Source: Escherichia phage ZH5
DNA length: 42,949 bases
Sequence record: OM864357.1
Direction: 5' to 3' (one strand)
Program-made: the position numbers and the translations under genes
Shown here: in pieces, positions 27,865 to 37,284 of the stretch
How the letters are laid out: every line of letters starts with the position of its first letter
Position numbering within the stretch: position 1 is the stretch's first letter
The notes under the pieces: model-generated
Told to the model about the DNA's origin: nothing
The model's database searches: none
What the model saw: only the letters and a program-made list of their open reading frames with translations

Positions 27865-28446
27865 ATGTGGTGGGCCGTCGCTGCCTTAGCGGGCACTAAG
27901 CTGCTTGGTGCTGCTGCACAGATTGAGGTTGCCAAAGCACGTAACAAAGCAGTAATTCAGCAGACAGCGAAGCAGTTAAACGATATCGCACTGCAACGGG
28001 CTCAGTCCAGGGATCGGACTGAGGTTGCCCTGTTCAACGTTCAACAGCAGAAGCTGCAAGCACAGAGTCAGGTAGGCCTACAAGCTGCTGCGTCCGGTAC
28101 TATGGGGGCGTCTGTTAAGGATGCCGTAGCAACCGTGAATACAGTAGCAGATCGTCAGGTATCTGGAATCAAGTCCCAGCAGGCCACTCAGGAAGAGGGC
28201 TACCGAATGATGGTGGATAAGGCCGTGGATAGCGGATTAGCCAATATGGACCTGGAGAGCGGATACGACAAGATGTTTAATGCTGCCTTGGGCTTTGGTG
28301 GGCAACTGCTCGGGCAATACATAGGGAATGAACTATCCAAGAGCACTCCCGATAGTACCGACACCACCCCGGAGCCTGCAGCAGATAATTCGTTCTTGTA
28401 TGACCTATGGGGCAGCAAGGGTAATAGCAAAGTACACACCTGGTAA
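27865..28446 (+). CDS. Internal virion protein A (ejection/core protein)
   Basis: 193 aa; position between tail tube B and the larger internal virion proteins. Confidence 0.6.
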   Translation: MWWAVAALAGTKLLGAAAQIEVAKARNKAVIQQTAKQLNDIALQRAQSRDRTEVALFNVQQQKLQAQSQVGLQAAASGTMGASVKDAVATVNTVADRQVSGIKSQQATQEEGYRMMVDKAVDSGLANMDLESGYDKMFNAALGFGGQLLGQYIGNELSKSTPDSTDTTPEPAADNSFLYDLWGSKGNSKVHTW

Positions 28447-28461
28447 ACTAAGGGGAAGTAA

Positions 28462-31146
28462 ATGCCTGTAATTCAACCCAACCGACAGGGTCTAAATATC
28501 GGCGGCGTGCAATTGCAGGCCAACGAGGTTAACTTGCCCTCTACAGTCGGGGATGTAGTAGTAGACACGTCCAAAGCAAACCGCCTTGCAGCACTCTCTG
28601 GCTTCGTCCAGGACTTCGGTATAGGGTTTGATGCAGCAGTAAAAGAAAATGCAGCAGCAGCCACTGTGCGAGGTGCTATGGATGCCCAGGGTGCAGTAGA
28701 TGCAATGGCCTCTAAAGATGAGGCGGTACAGAAGCAGAATATATTTGTACGAGAAGCCTACCAGGATGGTTATGTATCTGCTGCGGCCTACGATTCTCTA
28801 GCTAAGTGGCGTACGGATAGTATTACTCGAGCTAAGAAGGCAGCTGAGGCTGGACTGACTGATGAGGAATTCCACCAGCAGGAGCAAGAGTATGTTCAAG
28901 CTATGTCTGACAAGCTCGGTATGTATCTTCCGGATATGTCCAAACAGTCCGCTACGGCGGTACTGCAACAGCTCCGTGCAACCAGCTTAGCTAACTACAC
29001 GGCCTTCCAGAAAGGTCGCGCAGAGTTTGCAGTAGCACAAGCAGACCGTGCGCTGGACCGTGGGCTCAGCTCCTCCGTTGATGAGTTCTATCAGCGCCTG
29101 GATGCTGGGCAGGGTGCTGCCGCGCAGATGTCAATTAAGACAGGGTTGGATAGTATCCTGGCAGCTGAGCACCTGGATAAGTCCAAGAAGTTGGACCGAG
29201 CCAAGCAGTATCTGGTCAGTGTAGCGCAGCAGACCCAGGACCCTCTAATCATCAACCAGTTGCAGGAAATGGCAACTAAAGAGCTTGGTGTTAACTCTGT
29301 AGACGTTAATGCTGCATTGTATCAGGAATTTAAGCGTGCTGGGACTCAGATTGAGACTCAGGCTCGCTTTGAAATCTCAGATGCAATTCAGTCTCTGGAG
29401 GGGCAGTCCCCAGAAGAGCAGGAGCAGACGATGCAGCGTATCCGCAACCGCGTGATTGAGCTATCTGCTACGGATGTACTAAGCCCCGGCACCAGTATGG
29501 AGTTCTGGAACAAGGCTCAGACTATCAGGGAGAAGACTGCCGATACACAGGCTTTACGTAGTGCCATCACAGGAAACCTTCCTACATCCACCTTAGCTGG
29601 TATGTTTAAAGGGGATTTGGATAAGGCCCGGTCACAGGTACTCAAAAACTTCCCAGACACTCCAGAGGGGAACTTGCAGCTACTGGCTTATGGTAGCAAT
29701 AGTAAAGATGCGTGGGCCATCAATGAAGCACACAAGCGCATGTCCTCGGATATGGCGCGCACCCTCACTACACTGGACCAGTTAGGTGAGGATGGGCAGG
29801 TGTCCAAGGAGAATGTCAATAGCATCAACCTGTGGGCCCAAGCATATAGTACCAGTACCGACTTAGGTAAGATGGCTCTGCTGTCTGAAGTCCCATCTGA
29901 GTGGCAGGGGGTGGTTCAGAAGGCCGTTGCACAGAACCCTAATAACGCTAGTAACACCATTCTGGACGACCTGCGTCGCCAGGCCCGTAACAAGGCTAGC
30001 GGGCGCTACAGCAACATCAGTAGCAACCCCACAGACAAAATGGTGGACCCGAGTCACACTGCTAATTGGTTCAGCTTCTTCGGCACAGCTGACGCGCAGC
30101 GCCAGGAAGCGCGCGCCGCTATGGAGGAAGAGTATCGGTACGTATATAATCACAACCCAGAGGCGTTAGTTGGTAAGGATCCTGATGATATCAACACGAT
30201 GCTCAAAGGTAACATCCAAGCCCGTAAGCTGGAGTTAGATATCTCTGGGGCTCCTCGGCACGTGTACCTGCCAGCTGGGACTTCTATTCAATCCCTAATG
30301 GGGGATTATCGAGGAGACCAGGAGCAGTTCAAGTCGTCTCTGCAGCAGCAGATTCAGAGCCAGGTAAACGCCTTAACTGACCCTAGCAACCTTGAACGAG
30401 TAGTAGTGCAAGCTGCCACAGCAGGTAACTCAGCGCAGAACATGACTGTCACCGTATTCGACAAGAAGGGAACCTTCCAGACTATGTCGGTGAATCTGCG
30501 TGACGTTCAAACCGCTGCGCAAGATGCATATGACAAAGCTCTGGCCGGTGAGATAAAGATTGGCAGTGAGCAAGTAGGTGTCCGTCCAGTTACCTTCTAC
30601 GATCATGACAACGGCAGGGTTGTAAGCACGCAGGTCAATGGACGTAACGGGGCAGGTGTAGAGCCATCGCTATTTAGTGAGATTCTCGCCAACACCATGC
30701 AGTTTGAGGGATTCCGAGAGGGTAAAGGCAACGGTAGTGTAGGCTTCGGTCTGCACAACAACTCCGGTATGCCTGTTCCGAAGAAGGTCACTATCGATGA
30801 TGGTATTAGTATTCTGAAATCCTCCCTGGAGCAGCAGTACATCCCGAACGTGAACAGACAGTTGCGCGGACAGGGCTTGAATGCCTCTGCGGATGCTATG
30901 AAGGTTATGGTTGATTTGAACTACCACGGCGGTAACGGAAGTTCTGGCCCAGTAGCTGAGGCTGTGGCACAAGTACGTAAGGCATCCAAGACCCCTGTAG
31001 GGGCGTACCAGTACCCTGTATCCGAGGCTCAGGGTAAGGCATGGCAAGCGCTACGGAATACTCCAGCTTACAAGCAGGCACAGCCTAAGCGTAAGAAATA
31101 CCTGGAGCAAGGACTGCGAAACTGGATGTTCGAGGTGACACACTAA
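28462..31146 (+). CDS. Internal virion protein B (ejection/core protein)
   Basis: 894 aa, Ala/Gln-rich; AAGGGGAAG RBS. Confidence 0.65.
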   Translation: MPVIQPNRQGLNIGGVQLQANEVNLPSTVGDVVVDTSKANRLAALSGFVQDFGIGFDAAVKENAAAATVRGAMDAQGAVDAMASKDEAVQKQNIFVREAYQDGYVSAAAYDSLAKWRTDSITRAKKAAEAGLTDEEFHQQEQEYVQAMSDKLGMYLPDMSKQSATAVLQQLRATSLANYTAFQKGRAEFAVAQADRALDRGLSSSVDEFYQRLDAGQGAAAQMSIKTGLDSILAAEHLDKSKKLDRAKQYLVSVAQQTQDPLIINQLQEMATKELGVNSVDVNAALYQEFKRAGTQIETQARFEISDAIQSLEGQSPEEQEQTMQRIRNRVIELSATDVLSPGTSMEFWNKAQTIREKTADTQALRSAITGNLPTSTLAGMFKGDLDKARSQVLKNFPDTPEGNLQLLAYGSNSKDAWAINEAHKRMSSDMARTLTTLDQLGEDGQVSKENVNSINLWAQAYSTSTDLGKMALLSEVPSEWQGVVQKAVAQNPNNASNTILDDLRRQARNKASGRYSNISSNPTDKMVDPSHTANWFSFFGTADAQRQEARAAMEEEYRYVYNHNPEALVGKDPDDINTMLKGNIQARKLELDISGAPRHVYLPAGTSIQSLMGDYRGDQEQFKSSLQQQIQSQVNALTDPSNLERVVVQAATAGNSAQNMTVTVFDKKGTFQTMSVNLRDVQTAAQDAYDKALAGEIKIGSEQVGVRPVTFYDHDNGRVVSTQVNGRNGAGVEPSLFSEILANTMQFEGFREGKGNGSVGFGLHNNSGMPVPKKVTIDDGISILKSSLEQQYIPNVNRQLRGQGLNASADAMKVMVDLNYHGGNGSSGPVAEAVAQVRKASKTPVGAYQYPVSEAQGKAWQALRNTPAYKQAQPKRKKYLEQGLRNWMFEVTH

Positions 31147-31148
31147 TA

Positions 31149-31166
31149 GAGGCCCTTCGGGGCCTC
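31149..31166 (+). terminator. Hairpin (gaggccc / ttcg / gggcctc) with an interrupted T-rich tail; weak terminator or RNA-stabilising element
   Basis: 7-bp perfect stem with tetraloop directly after the stop at 31146; the downstream T-tract is not contiguous. Confidence 0.4.
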
Positions 31167-31195
31167 CCCTTATCAAAATTCTTTTAGGAGATATT

Positions 31196-34100
31196 ATGGC
31201 TCAGTTTCTGAACCGAGAACCGAATCCACAGGAAAAGGATTCTGCTAAGGGCGCAACACTTAAACCTGCGCCTGCGCGTATAGATTGGAACGATGCGGGT
31301 GACGACGGCTTAAACGCACTGGAGCGTGCCTCCTTACTAGCACAAGCCAAGACACCTGCTACTACAGCTGCAGAGAGCTTTGCTTCTGGTATGGGCAACA
31401 GTATCATCGCCGCAGCTATCCGTAAAGCCTCTTCCCCAGCATTCGTCCCAGAGCAGGGGTTTGATGCTAAGAAACAACTAAGCACCGACTCCCGGGTTAA
31501 GTTGTATACTCCCAACCAGGAAGAGATTGATTACTTACATGGAGCAGTGTCTCTAGAGGACTATAACTACCGTATACAGCAGATGCTTGATCAGCGTCAT
31601 CGCGATCGCTTAATGGCTGACAACACAATAGCTGGGTTCGCTGGTGCCATAGCAGGTGACTCCCCATTTCCCCTAGCTCCGATGTCTGCGGCAGGTATCG
31701 CTGGTCGGGCTGGCTTAGCAGTACGCACTGCTATCCGCGCAGCGGATGTAGGTACGGCTGTTTATGCACAGGACCAACTGGGTCAGTCTGCGGCAGTTAC
31801 TGCTCTTGTAGCAGGTGTAGCTGGTCTAGACCAACTCTGGGATATCCGTAGAGCAGTGCGCGCGTCTACAGTAGCTGCCTCAACTACAAGAACTGCTGAG
31901 ACCGCACCTAATACTGCTACGGCAACTTCCCGCACTGCTCCGGAAGAAGTAGCAACAAGTCGCAATGGGGTAGATTCCCCTGCTGGCCCGTTTAATGCGC
32001 AAGCTGATAGTGCCGCGGCTGCTAAAACCACTGACGGTTTACCAGAAGGTTTAAGCTTGAACGTGCTGGATGATGTAGAGCACCACGCTTACTCTGGTGT
32101 ACGTGTACCCGGTATAGAGGTAGAAGTAAATCGCGGAGATAAGTTGGTTGGTGTTGTGCAGGCTTATCGTGTAGGTGATGATTTACAAGTAGCACATGCC
32201 TGGGTTGATAAATCCCTGCGTGGCAAGGGAGTAGGCGCGAGCATGTACAAAGCACTAGTTAAGCGCGCTACTGATGCAGGGTATGGCAACTTGTTGTCTG
32301 ATAGCTCAGTAACTGCGTCTGCTCAGCAGATGTGGCGCAAACTTGGTGCTACAAAAACCAAAGATTTTAAAGAACTAACGGACGGTATTGAAGGGCAGCG
32401 TTATGCGGTCTCTGCGGATGAAAAGTCCCCACTCTTTACTTTAGACTTGAAACGTCCTGTGTTTGACCCAGATGCGCCTACAACTCGTACAGCGAGGGAT
32501 GTTAATGTTACAGGAGTAGGAGAGGGGGAAGAAATCCTCACCAAAGCACTGGATGAACCGATAAAAGTCCTTAGAAACAACACTACTACTGTTAACATTA
32601 AAGCGCAGGACGTAGTTCGATTCCTAAAGACCTCTGAGCATTTATCTAAGGGTCAGAAGGCTATCCTGGACACCTTGGGCGATGCAGTACAGGACATTGA
32701 TTTTAAGTTGGTGGCAGGCTCTTCTAACCGTAGCCACTACAGCTTTCCACTGGTATCAAGAACTGATAGAGGTTTTATATCTTTACGTGCCCCTAAGAAA
32801 GCTAATGGAAGTACTTGGACAACTGTAGGTGACGCCCTACGCGCCATGGACGCCGATACTAGTCGAGTAGCAGTGCACGAGCTGATTCACGCTGCCACTA
32901 CTAGGGCCCTTAAGCGGAATCCTGAAATTGCTAGTAAGCTGGAAGAGGTGCGCGCTGCAATAGCAGCTGATTCAACCCTCAGTGATAAGCTTAAGTACTA
33001 CGCAAGCGATGTGCACGAGATGTTAGCTGGACTAGGTGATAGCCCTGAGTGGGTGGAATATCTCTCCAGAACTCAATCCCCTACCGGTAAGAGTATGCTC
33101 CGCCAGATTGGTGAGTATATCATGAATGCCCTTGGGATCCGTACTAAAGGCTCCGCTTTGGAGGACGTACTAGATGCGTATGAAGATGCTGTCAAGTGGA
33201 CTGCAAAAGACTACGCAGAACAAGTTCAGAGCTTCCGCAGCGAATCCTTCCAGGACCTAGCGGGTACATCGGTTAAGAATGAGGCCCTGAAAGCTCAGAC
33301 TATGATGGACACGGCCAAGCGTAAGTTAGCCACTATGTTCTCCCTGTATGATAACATCGCAGAGGGTAGTGAGGACCTGGCACGCTTATTAGTATCTGAT
33401 GCTACTGCTGTAGGCGGTCGTAAACCGTCTGTGGTGGACTTCAAGCGTAACCTTACGTTGGAGATGGATGCTAGTGCCAGTGTAGTTGAGGACGCTATAC
33501 TTGGTGCCCTCAAGGCCAAAGGTGTAGGTTTCATAGACCGCTTCTTCCACCGTAGCAACTTCCGAGCAGCTCGTGCTGACTTAGAAGGTCGCTTGGGCCG
33601 TTACCTGGACTCTGCGTACAGTGCTGAGGTTAATGGACGCCCTGTACCTCTGCCGGACTCTGACTTGGTTCCGCTAGTAGAGGCATACCGCAACTCCGGC
33701 TGGGCCAGTAAGTGGCACGATCACATGACTGCTGCCGGACTGGTGGATGACGGTACTCTGATTAAATCGGACTATTACTTCCCTCGCCAGTACAGTTACG
33801 ATAAGATGCGCCAAGGTATTGCAAACGGTCGCTCCCTGGATAATTATCGGGATCTGTTCCGTCAGGCACTGCGTGATGTGTATCCATCTATGGAGCCTGA
33901 GGTTGTTCAGCGCGTCGCTAAGGAAATGGTTGATGGTATCTACAACGGACGCTCCTCGGCCTCTGGTCCTATGTGGAAGCAACTCATCAATGGTATGGGT
34001 AATGATGAAGTAGTTATGGCCATGCGTAATGCTGGCGTAGACGAGAGTGCAATCCAGAGTTTCTTGGCAGGTAATGTCCGAGAATCTGGCGCTACCTCGC

Positions 34101-35458
34101 CTGCTAAGAACCTCCGTCAACGTACCCGCTTCAACATGGACAAAGAGTACATCGTAGATGGTCAGGTTATGCGCATGCAGGATCTGATGGATACTGACGT
34201 AGCCAAGGTTATGCATGGTTATACTAACCGAATGTCAGGTCGTGTAGGTATGGCTTACGCCGGAGTCTCTGACCTAAAAACACTAGAGACGATGATTAAT
34301 GAGTCCAAACACGCTCTGGCCGACCCTGGGAAGTGGGAGAAGACCGTTAATGACACCATCGACTTTATCTTAGGTGGGGCACCAGCCGACGCCGGGCAGA
34401 TGCCGGACCTGCTCCGTGCAGCCGGTAACATGGCCAACGCTACCATGCTTAAGAACTCTGGGTTGTACCAGCTTACTGACACCGCTCTAGCGCTGAAAGA
34501 GTTTGGTATGTCCCGAGTACTTCGCAGTATGCGTGAGCAGCCTTGGTTTAAAGAAGGTTCTGTAGCTATTCGCACTCCGGATATGGCTAGTCGTCTGGAT
34601 GCAATCCTACGTGGTAGTATCCAGAAGGAGATGCGCTTCCGCTGGTTGAATACGTACGCCGACGATAACCTGGACTTGACCCGTCAAGCCTCTTGGTTCA
34701 ACGTCACCCAGAACGTTGGGCAGGCTGCACGTCACGTCAACGGTATGAGCATGGTGCATCGGCTGCAAGTTAACCTGAACTCAGGTATTGTAGCGGATGA
34801 GCTCCAGCAGATGTTCAAGGGCGACGCTGAGGCGTTTAAGCGTCTGGAACGTTTCGGTCTTACTCGTGAAATCGCTGACCGGGCTATTGCTGCTAACAAA
34901 GCTAATCCTGGTGCTATGTTCCAGCCGGACCTGCAAATGCAAGTTGAGGTGGTAGGGACGCGTATGATGGACTATTTGGTGCAGCAAGTACGTACCGGTG
35001 AGACCTCGCACTTCGCCCAGTTCAACCCTATCGGCAAAGTAATTGTCGGCTATCAGAGCTTCGCCCTGGCTGCCACCAACAAGATTCTGCGCCGCGAGTT
35101 GAATGATGCCGGGTGGATTGGGGTTGCACACATCATGGCATACCAGTTCCCATTGATGCTTCTAGCAACTATGGCGAAGCACGGTATGGACGGCAAAGAG
35201 GCCGATACTCAGAAGCTTATCGCTGAGTCGGTTATGGGTATGAGTGCCATCGGTGGTATCTCGCTTCTGCAGGATATCTTCACTGGGGACTCTCCGCGTC
35301 ATTCTCTGGCGTCTATGGGCTACGTCACCGGGCTGTTGGGTGCGGTGCAAGCCCTGGCTACTGGGGATATGGATATCCAGACCTTCACTAAGCAGGTCCC
35401 GTTAATCCAGGAATTTGCACCTACGCGGGCTATCATCAATAACTTCGGAGACGATTAA
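31196..35458 (+). CDS. Internal virion protein C (largest ejection/core protein) with an embedded GNAT-like signature
   Basis: 1420 aa; AGGAG RBS; N-terminal Ala-rich low-complexity region; LRGKGVGASMYKAL (GNAT motif A-like) at about 32211-32243; HELIH at 32876-32890. Confidence 0.75.
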   Translation: MAQFLNREPNPQEKDSAKGATLKPAPARIDWNDAGDDGLNALERASLLAQAKTPATTAAESFASGMGNSIIAAAIRKASSPAFVPEQGFDAKKQLSTDSRVKLYTPNQEEIDYLHGAVSLEDYNYRIQQMLDQRHRDRLMADNTIAGFAGAIAGDSPFPLAPMSAAGIAGRAGLAVRTAIRAADVGTAVYAQDQLGQSAAVTALVAGVAGLDQLWDIRRAVRASTVAASTTRTAETAPNTATATSRTAPEEVATSRNGVDSPAGPFNAQADSAAAAKTTDGLPEGLSLNVLDDVEHHAYSGVRVPGIEVEVNRGDKLVGVVQAYRVGDDLQVAHAWVDKSLRGKGVGASMYKALVKRATDAGYGNLLSDSSVTASAQQMWRKLGATKTKDFKELTDGIEGQRYAVSADEKSPLFTLDLKRPVFDPDAPTTRTARDVNVTGVGEGEEILTKALDEPIKVLRNNTTTVNIKAQDVVRFLKTSEHLSKGQKAILDTLGDAVQDIDFKLVAGSSNRSHYSFPLVSRTDRGFISLRAPKKANGSTWTTVGDALRAMDADTSRVAVHELIHAATTRALKRNPEIASKLEEVRAAIAADSTLSDKLKYYASDVHEMLAGLGDSPEWVEYLSRTQSPTGKSMLRQIGEYIMNALGIRTKGSALEDVLDAYEDAVKWTAKDYAEQVQSFRSESFQDLAGTSVKNEALKAQTMMDTAKRKLATMFSLYDNIAEGSEDLARLLVSDATAVGGRKPSVVDFKRNLTLEMDASASVVEDAILGALKAKGVGFIDRFFHRSNFRAARADLEGRLGRYLDSAYSAEVNGRPVPLPDSDLVPLVEAYRNSGWASKWHDHMTAAGLVDDGTLIKSDYYFPRQYSYDKMRQGIANGRSLDNYRDLFRQALRDVYPSMEPEVVQRVAKEMVDGIYNGRSSASGPMWKQLINGMGNDEVVMAMRNAGVDESAIQSFLAGNVRESGATSPAKNLRQRTRFNMDKEYIVDGQVMRMQDLMDTDVAKVMHGYTNRMSGRVGMAYAGVSDLKTLETMINESKHALADPGKWEKTVNDTIDFILGGAPADAGQMPDLLRAAGNMANATMLKNSGLYQLTDTALALKEFGMSRVLRSMREQPWFKEGSVAIRTPDMASRLDAILRGSIQKEMRFRWLNTYADDNLDLTRQASWFNVTQNVGQAARHVNGMSMVHRLQVNLNSGIVADELQQMFKGDAEAFKRLERFGLTREIADRAIAANKANPGAMFQPDLQMQVEVVGTRMMDYLVQQVRTGETSHFAQFNPIGKVIVGYQSFALAATNKILRRELNDAGWIGVAHIMAYQFPLMLLATMAKHGMDGKEADTQKLIAESVMGMSAIGGISLLQDIFTGDSPRHSLASMGYVTGLLGAVQALATGDMDIQTFTKQVPLIQEFAPTRAIINNFGDD

Positions 35459-35459
35459 T

Positions 35460-35948
35460 ATGGCTGAGGAGAATAGGGCCACAGTGGTCTATGATGAGAC
35501 CAGCCCCAGTGGGTTGCGGTACGTAGCCAGCAGGTTTAAGTCTAGAGTAGGAGCCCCTGCGGGGGCCTTAAACTCCAAGGGCTATTATGACCTACGCTCT
35601 GCGCCTACTGGGTGTAACTCTAGGATGGCGCACGCTGTTTTGTGGGAACTACACAACGGGGGCATTCCAGAGGGGTTTGAAGTTGACCACATTGATGGCA
35701 ATCCAAGTAACAACCGAATAGAGAATCTACGTTTGGCTACCCGTTCTTTGCAGGCCTTTAACCGGGGAACACGAACCGACAAGCGCTCAGGTCTACCTAA
35801 AGGCGTATTCGTTAACGGTACAGGATTTATGGGGCGGACGTCTCGGGATGGTGTTCGTATATCTAAGACTTTTAGCACTGTAGAGGAAGCTGCCGCCTGG
35901 GTTGCCGAGGCCCGTAAAGTCTCGGCTGGGGCCTGGGTGCGTAGCTAA
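35460..35948 (+). CDS. HNH homing endonuclease with AP2-like domain (second copy)
   Basis: VDHIDGNPSNNRIENLRLAT HNH motif; ATG 35460 directly after the upstream TAA. Track ORF begins at 35415 inside the previous gene. Confidence 0.75.
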   Translation: MAEENRATVVYDETSPSGLRYVASRFKSRVGAPAGALNSKGYYDLRSAPTGCNSRMAHAVLWELHNGGIPEGFEVDHIDGNPSNNRIENLRLATRSLQAFNRGTRTDKRSGLPKGVFVNGTGFMGRTSRDGVRISKTFSTVEEAAAWVAEARKVSAGAWVRS

Positions 35949-36969
35949 GGAGGTCATCATAGCTTACTCATGGCAAGAACAAATCAAGCCAGCTGGTACC
36001 CAGGATATCCAGTGCGATATTGAGTATTTGGACAAGTCCTATATTCATGTATACCTAGACGGTGTGGAAACCACTGGGTACACCTGGACCAGCGCTACCA
36101 ATATAAGGCTGAATTCGGCCCTAACGGCGAGCACTACAGTGCTTCTCATTCGTAAGACTGAGCGCGAGTATCTGTATATTGAGTTTACTAGCGGCTCTCC
36201 GTTCATCGAGGTGAACGTAGACTCTCAAAATACACAGTTCTTGCACTTGGCGCAAGAGCTTGTGGAAGGCAGGGCTATCCCCGGATTCTACGGGGATATA
36301 AGCATGAACGGGTACCGCATCACGAATGTATCAGACCCGGTGGGCTTGCAAGATGCTGCTACCAAGCACTACGTAGACGTCGGGGATGCTAGACTAGACT
36401 CTCGTATTGATGCAGAACACGCCGCCTGGGTATCCGCTGATGCCGCCATCAAATCCTACGTTGTTTCTGAGGACGCCAGGCTAGACACCCGCATCGACAC
36501 AGAACGCGCCGCCAGGAAGGCTGCGGACGATGCCTTGAGTGTGCGTACCTCCGCTCTGGAAAACACCTTTATAAGTGGTGTAGAAACAGTAAGCTACCCG
36601 TGGAGCACGGTGCTTACAGAGGATACAGACGAGGTAACTCCAGGGCTAAAGTTTACTAAGGCTATAGTAGAACTTAATGGTGTTGGGCAGATTCGTGGCT
36701 ATAGTTTCGAGATTGTAGATAATACCATAATGTTTGCCGAGACTCTCCCTGCAGGAACGATCGTAGCTGCTCGATTAGGTGCTGATGTAACTGCAGGGGA
36801 TGGCTTCGCTACACAAGCATCTGTAGACCACTTAGCCAACTCATTAGGGGCTTTGGCGTACCTAGGCAAAGCAGAGGCTGTGGAGGATGCAACCGGTGCT
36901 GAGGACGTAGTGAATCAACTAAATGCATTACTAGCAGCACTACGTGCCAGCGGAGTAATAACATCCTAA
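35902..36969 (+). CDS. Tail fibre protein with T7 gp17-like N-terminal adaptor domain (start codon uncertain)
   Basis: CDIEYLDKSYIHVYLDGV... aligns by eye with the T7 gp17 N-terminus (NIPFEYLARKFVVVTLIGV). ORF open from TTG 35902; a TAAGGAGG RBS at 35946-35953 is followed in frame only by ATC/ATA. Confidence 0.7.
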   Translation: MPRPVKSRLGPGCVAKEVIIAYSWQEQIKPAGTQDIQCDIEYLDKSYIHVYLDGVETTGYTWTSATNIRLNSALTASTTVLLIRKTEREYLYIEFTSGSPFIEVNVDSQNTQFLHLAQELVEGRAIPGFYGDISMNGYRITNVSDPVGLQDAATKHYVDVGDARLDSRIDAEHAAWVSADAAIKSYVVSEDARLDTRIDTERAARKAADDALSVRTSALENTFISGVETVSYPWSTVLTEDTDEVTPGLKFTKAIVELNGVGQIRGYSFEIVDNTIMFAETLPAGTIVAARLGADVTAGDGFATQASVDHLANSLGALAYLGKAEAVEDATGAEDVVNQLNALLAALRASGVITS

Positions 36970-36981
36970 CAGGAGGATCAT

Positions 36982-37284
36982 ATGGCAGGGGCGGCTAAAC
37001 GCAGCCGTCTCTCGGAGCTGCATCGCATGTTCACAGAGGCTTTGATTGAAGAGATCAAACAGTCTAAAGAAGATGAGGTGCCGCTCCCGGCCGCAGATAA
37101 GTCAGTCATTGCTAAGTTCTTGAAGGATAATGATATCACTGCGGATGCAGATTCCGAGGAGATGCAGGACCTTCGTGACGAATTCGATGATGAACTAGCG
37201 GCGCGCAGAGAGGCGCGTAAACAAGAAATTTTAGGTAAGATTAGTGGATCTGACTCTGAGGACTTACTAGAAGGAATTGTCTAA
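36982..37284 (+). CDS. Terminase small subunit (DNA maturase A)
   Basis: 100 aa, acidic, directly upstream of the large terminase; AGGAGG RBS. Confidence 0.65.
   Translation: MAGAAKRSRLSELHRMFTEALIEEIKQSKEDEVPLPAADKSVIAKFLKDNDITADADSEEMQDLRDEFDDELAARREARKQEILGKISGSDSEDLLEGIV

Noticed and set aside
28462-31146. Lysozyme-like domain at the C-terminus of internal virion protein B (as in phiKMV gp36)
   Set aside because: The C-terminal sequence (FEGFREGKGNG...) did not match a lysozyme or transglycosylase catalytic motif convincingly by eye. Left as an unassigned ejection protein pending an HMM search.
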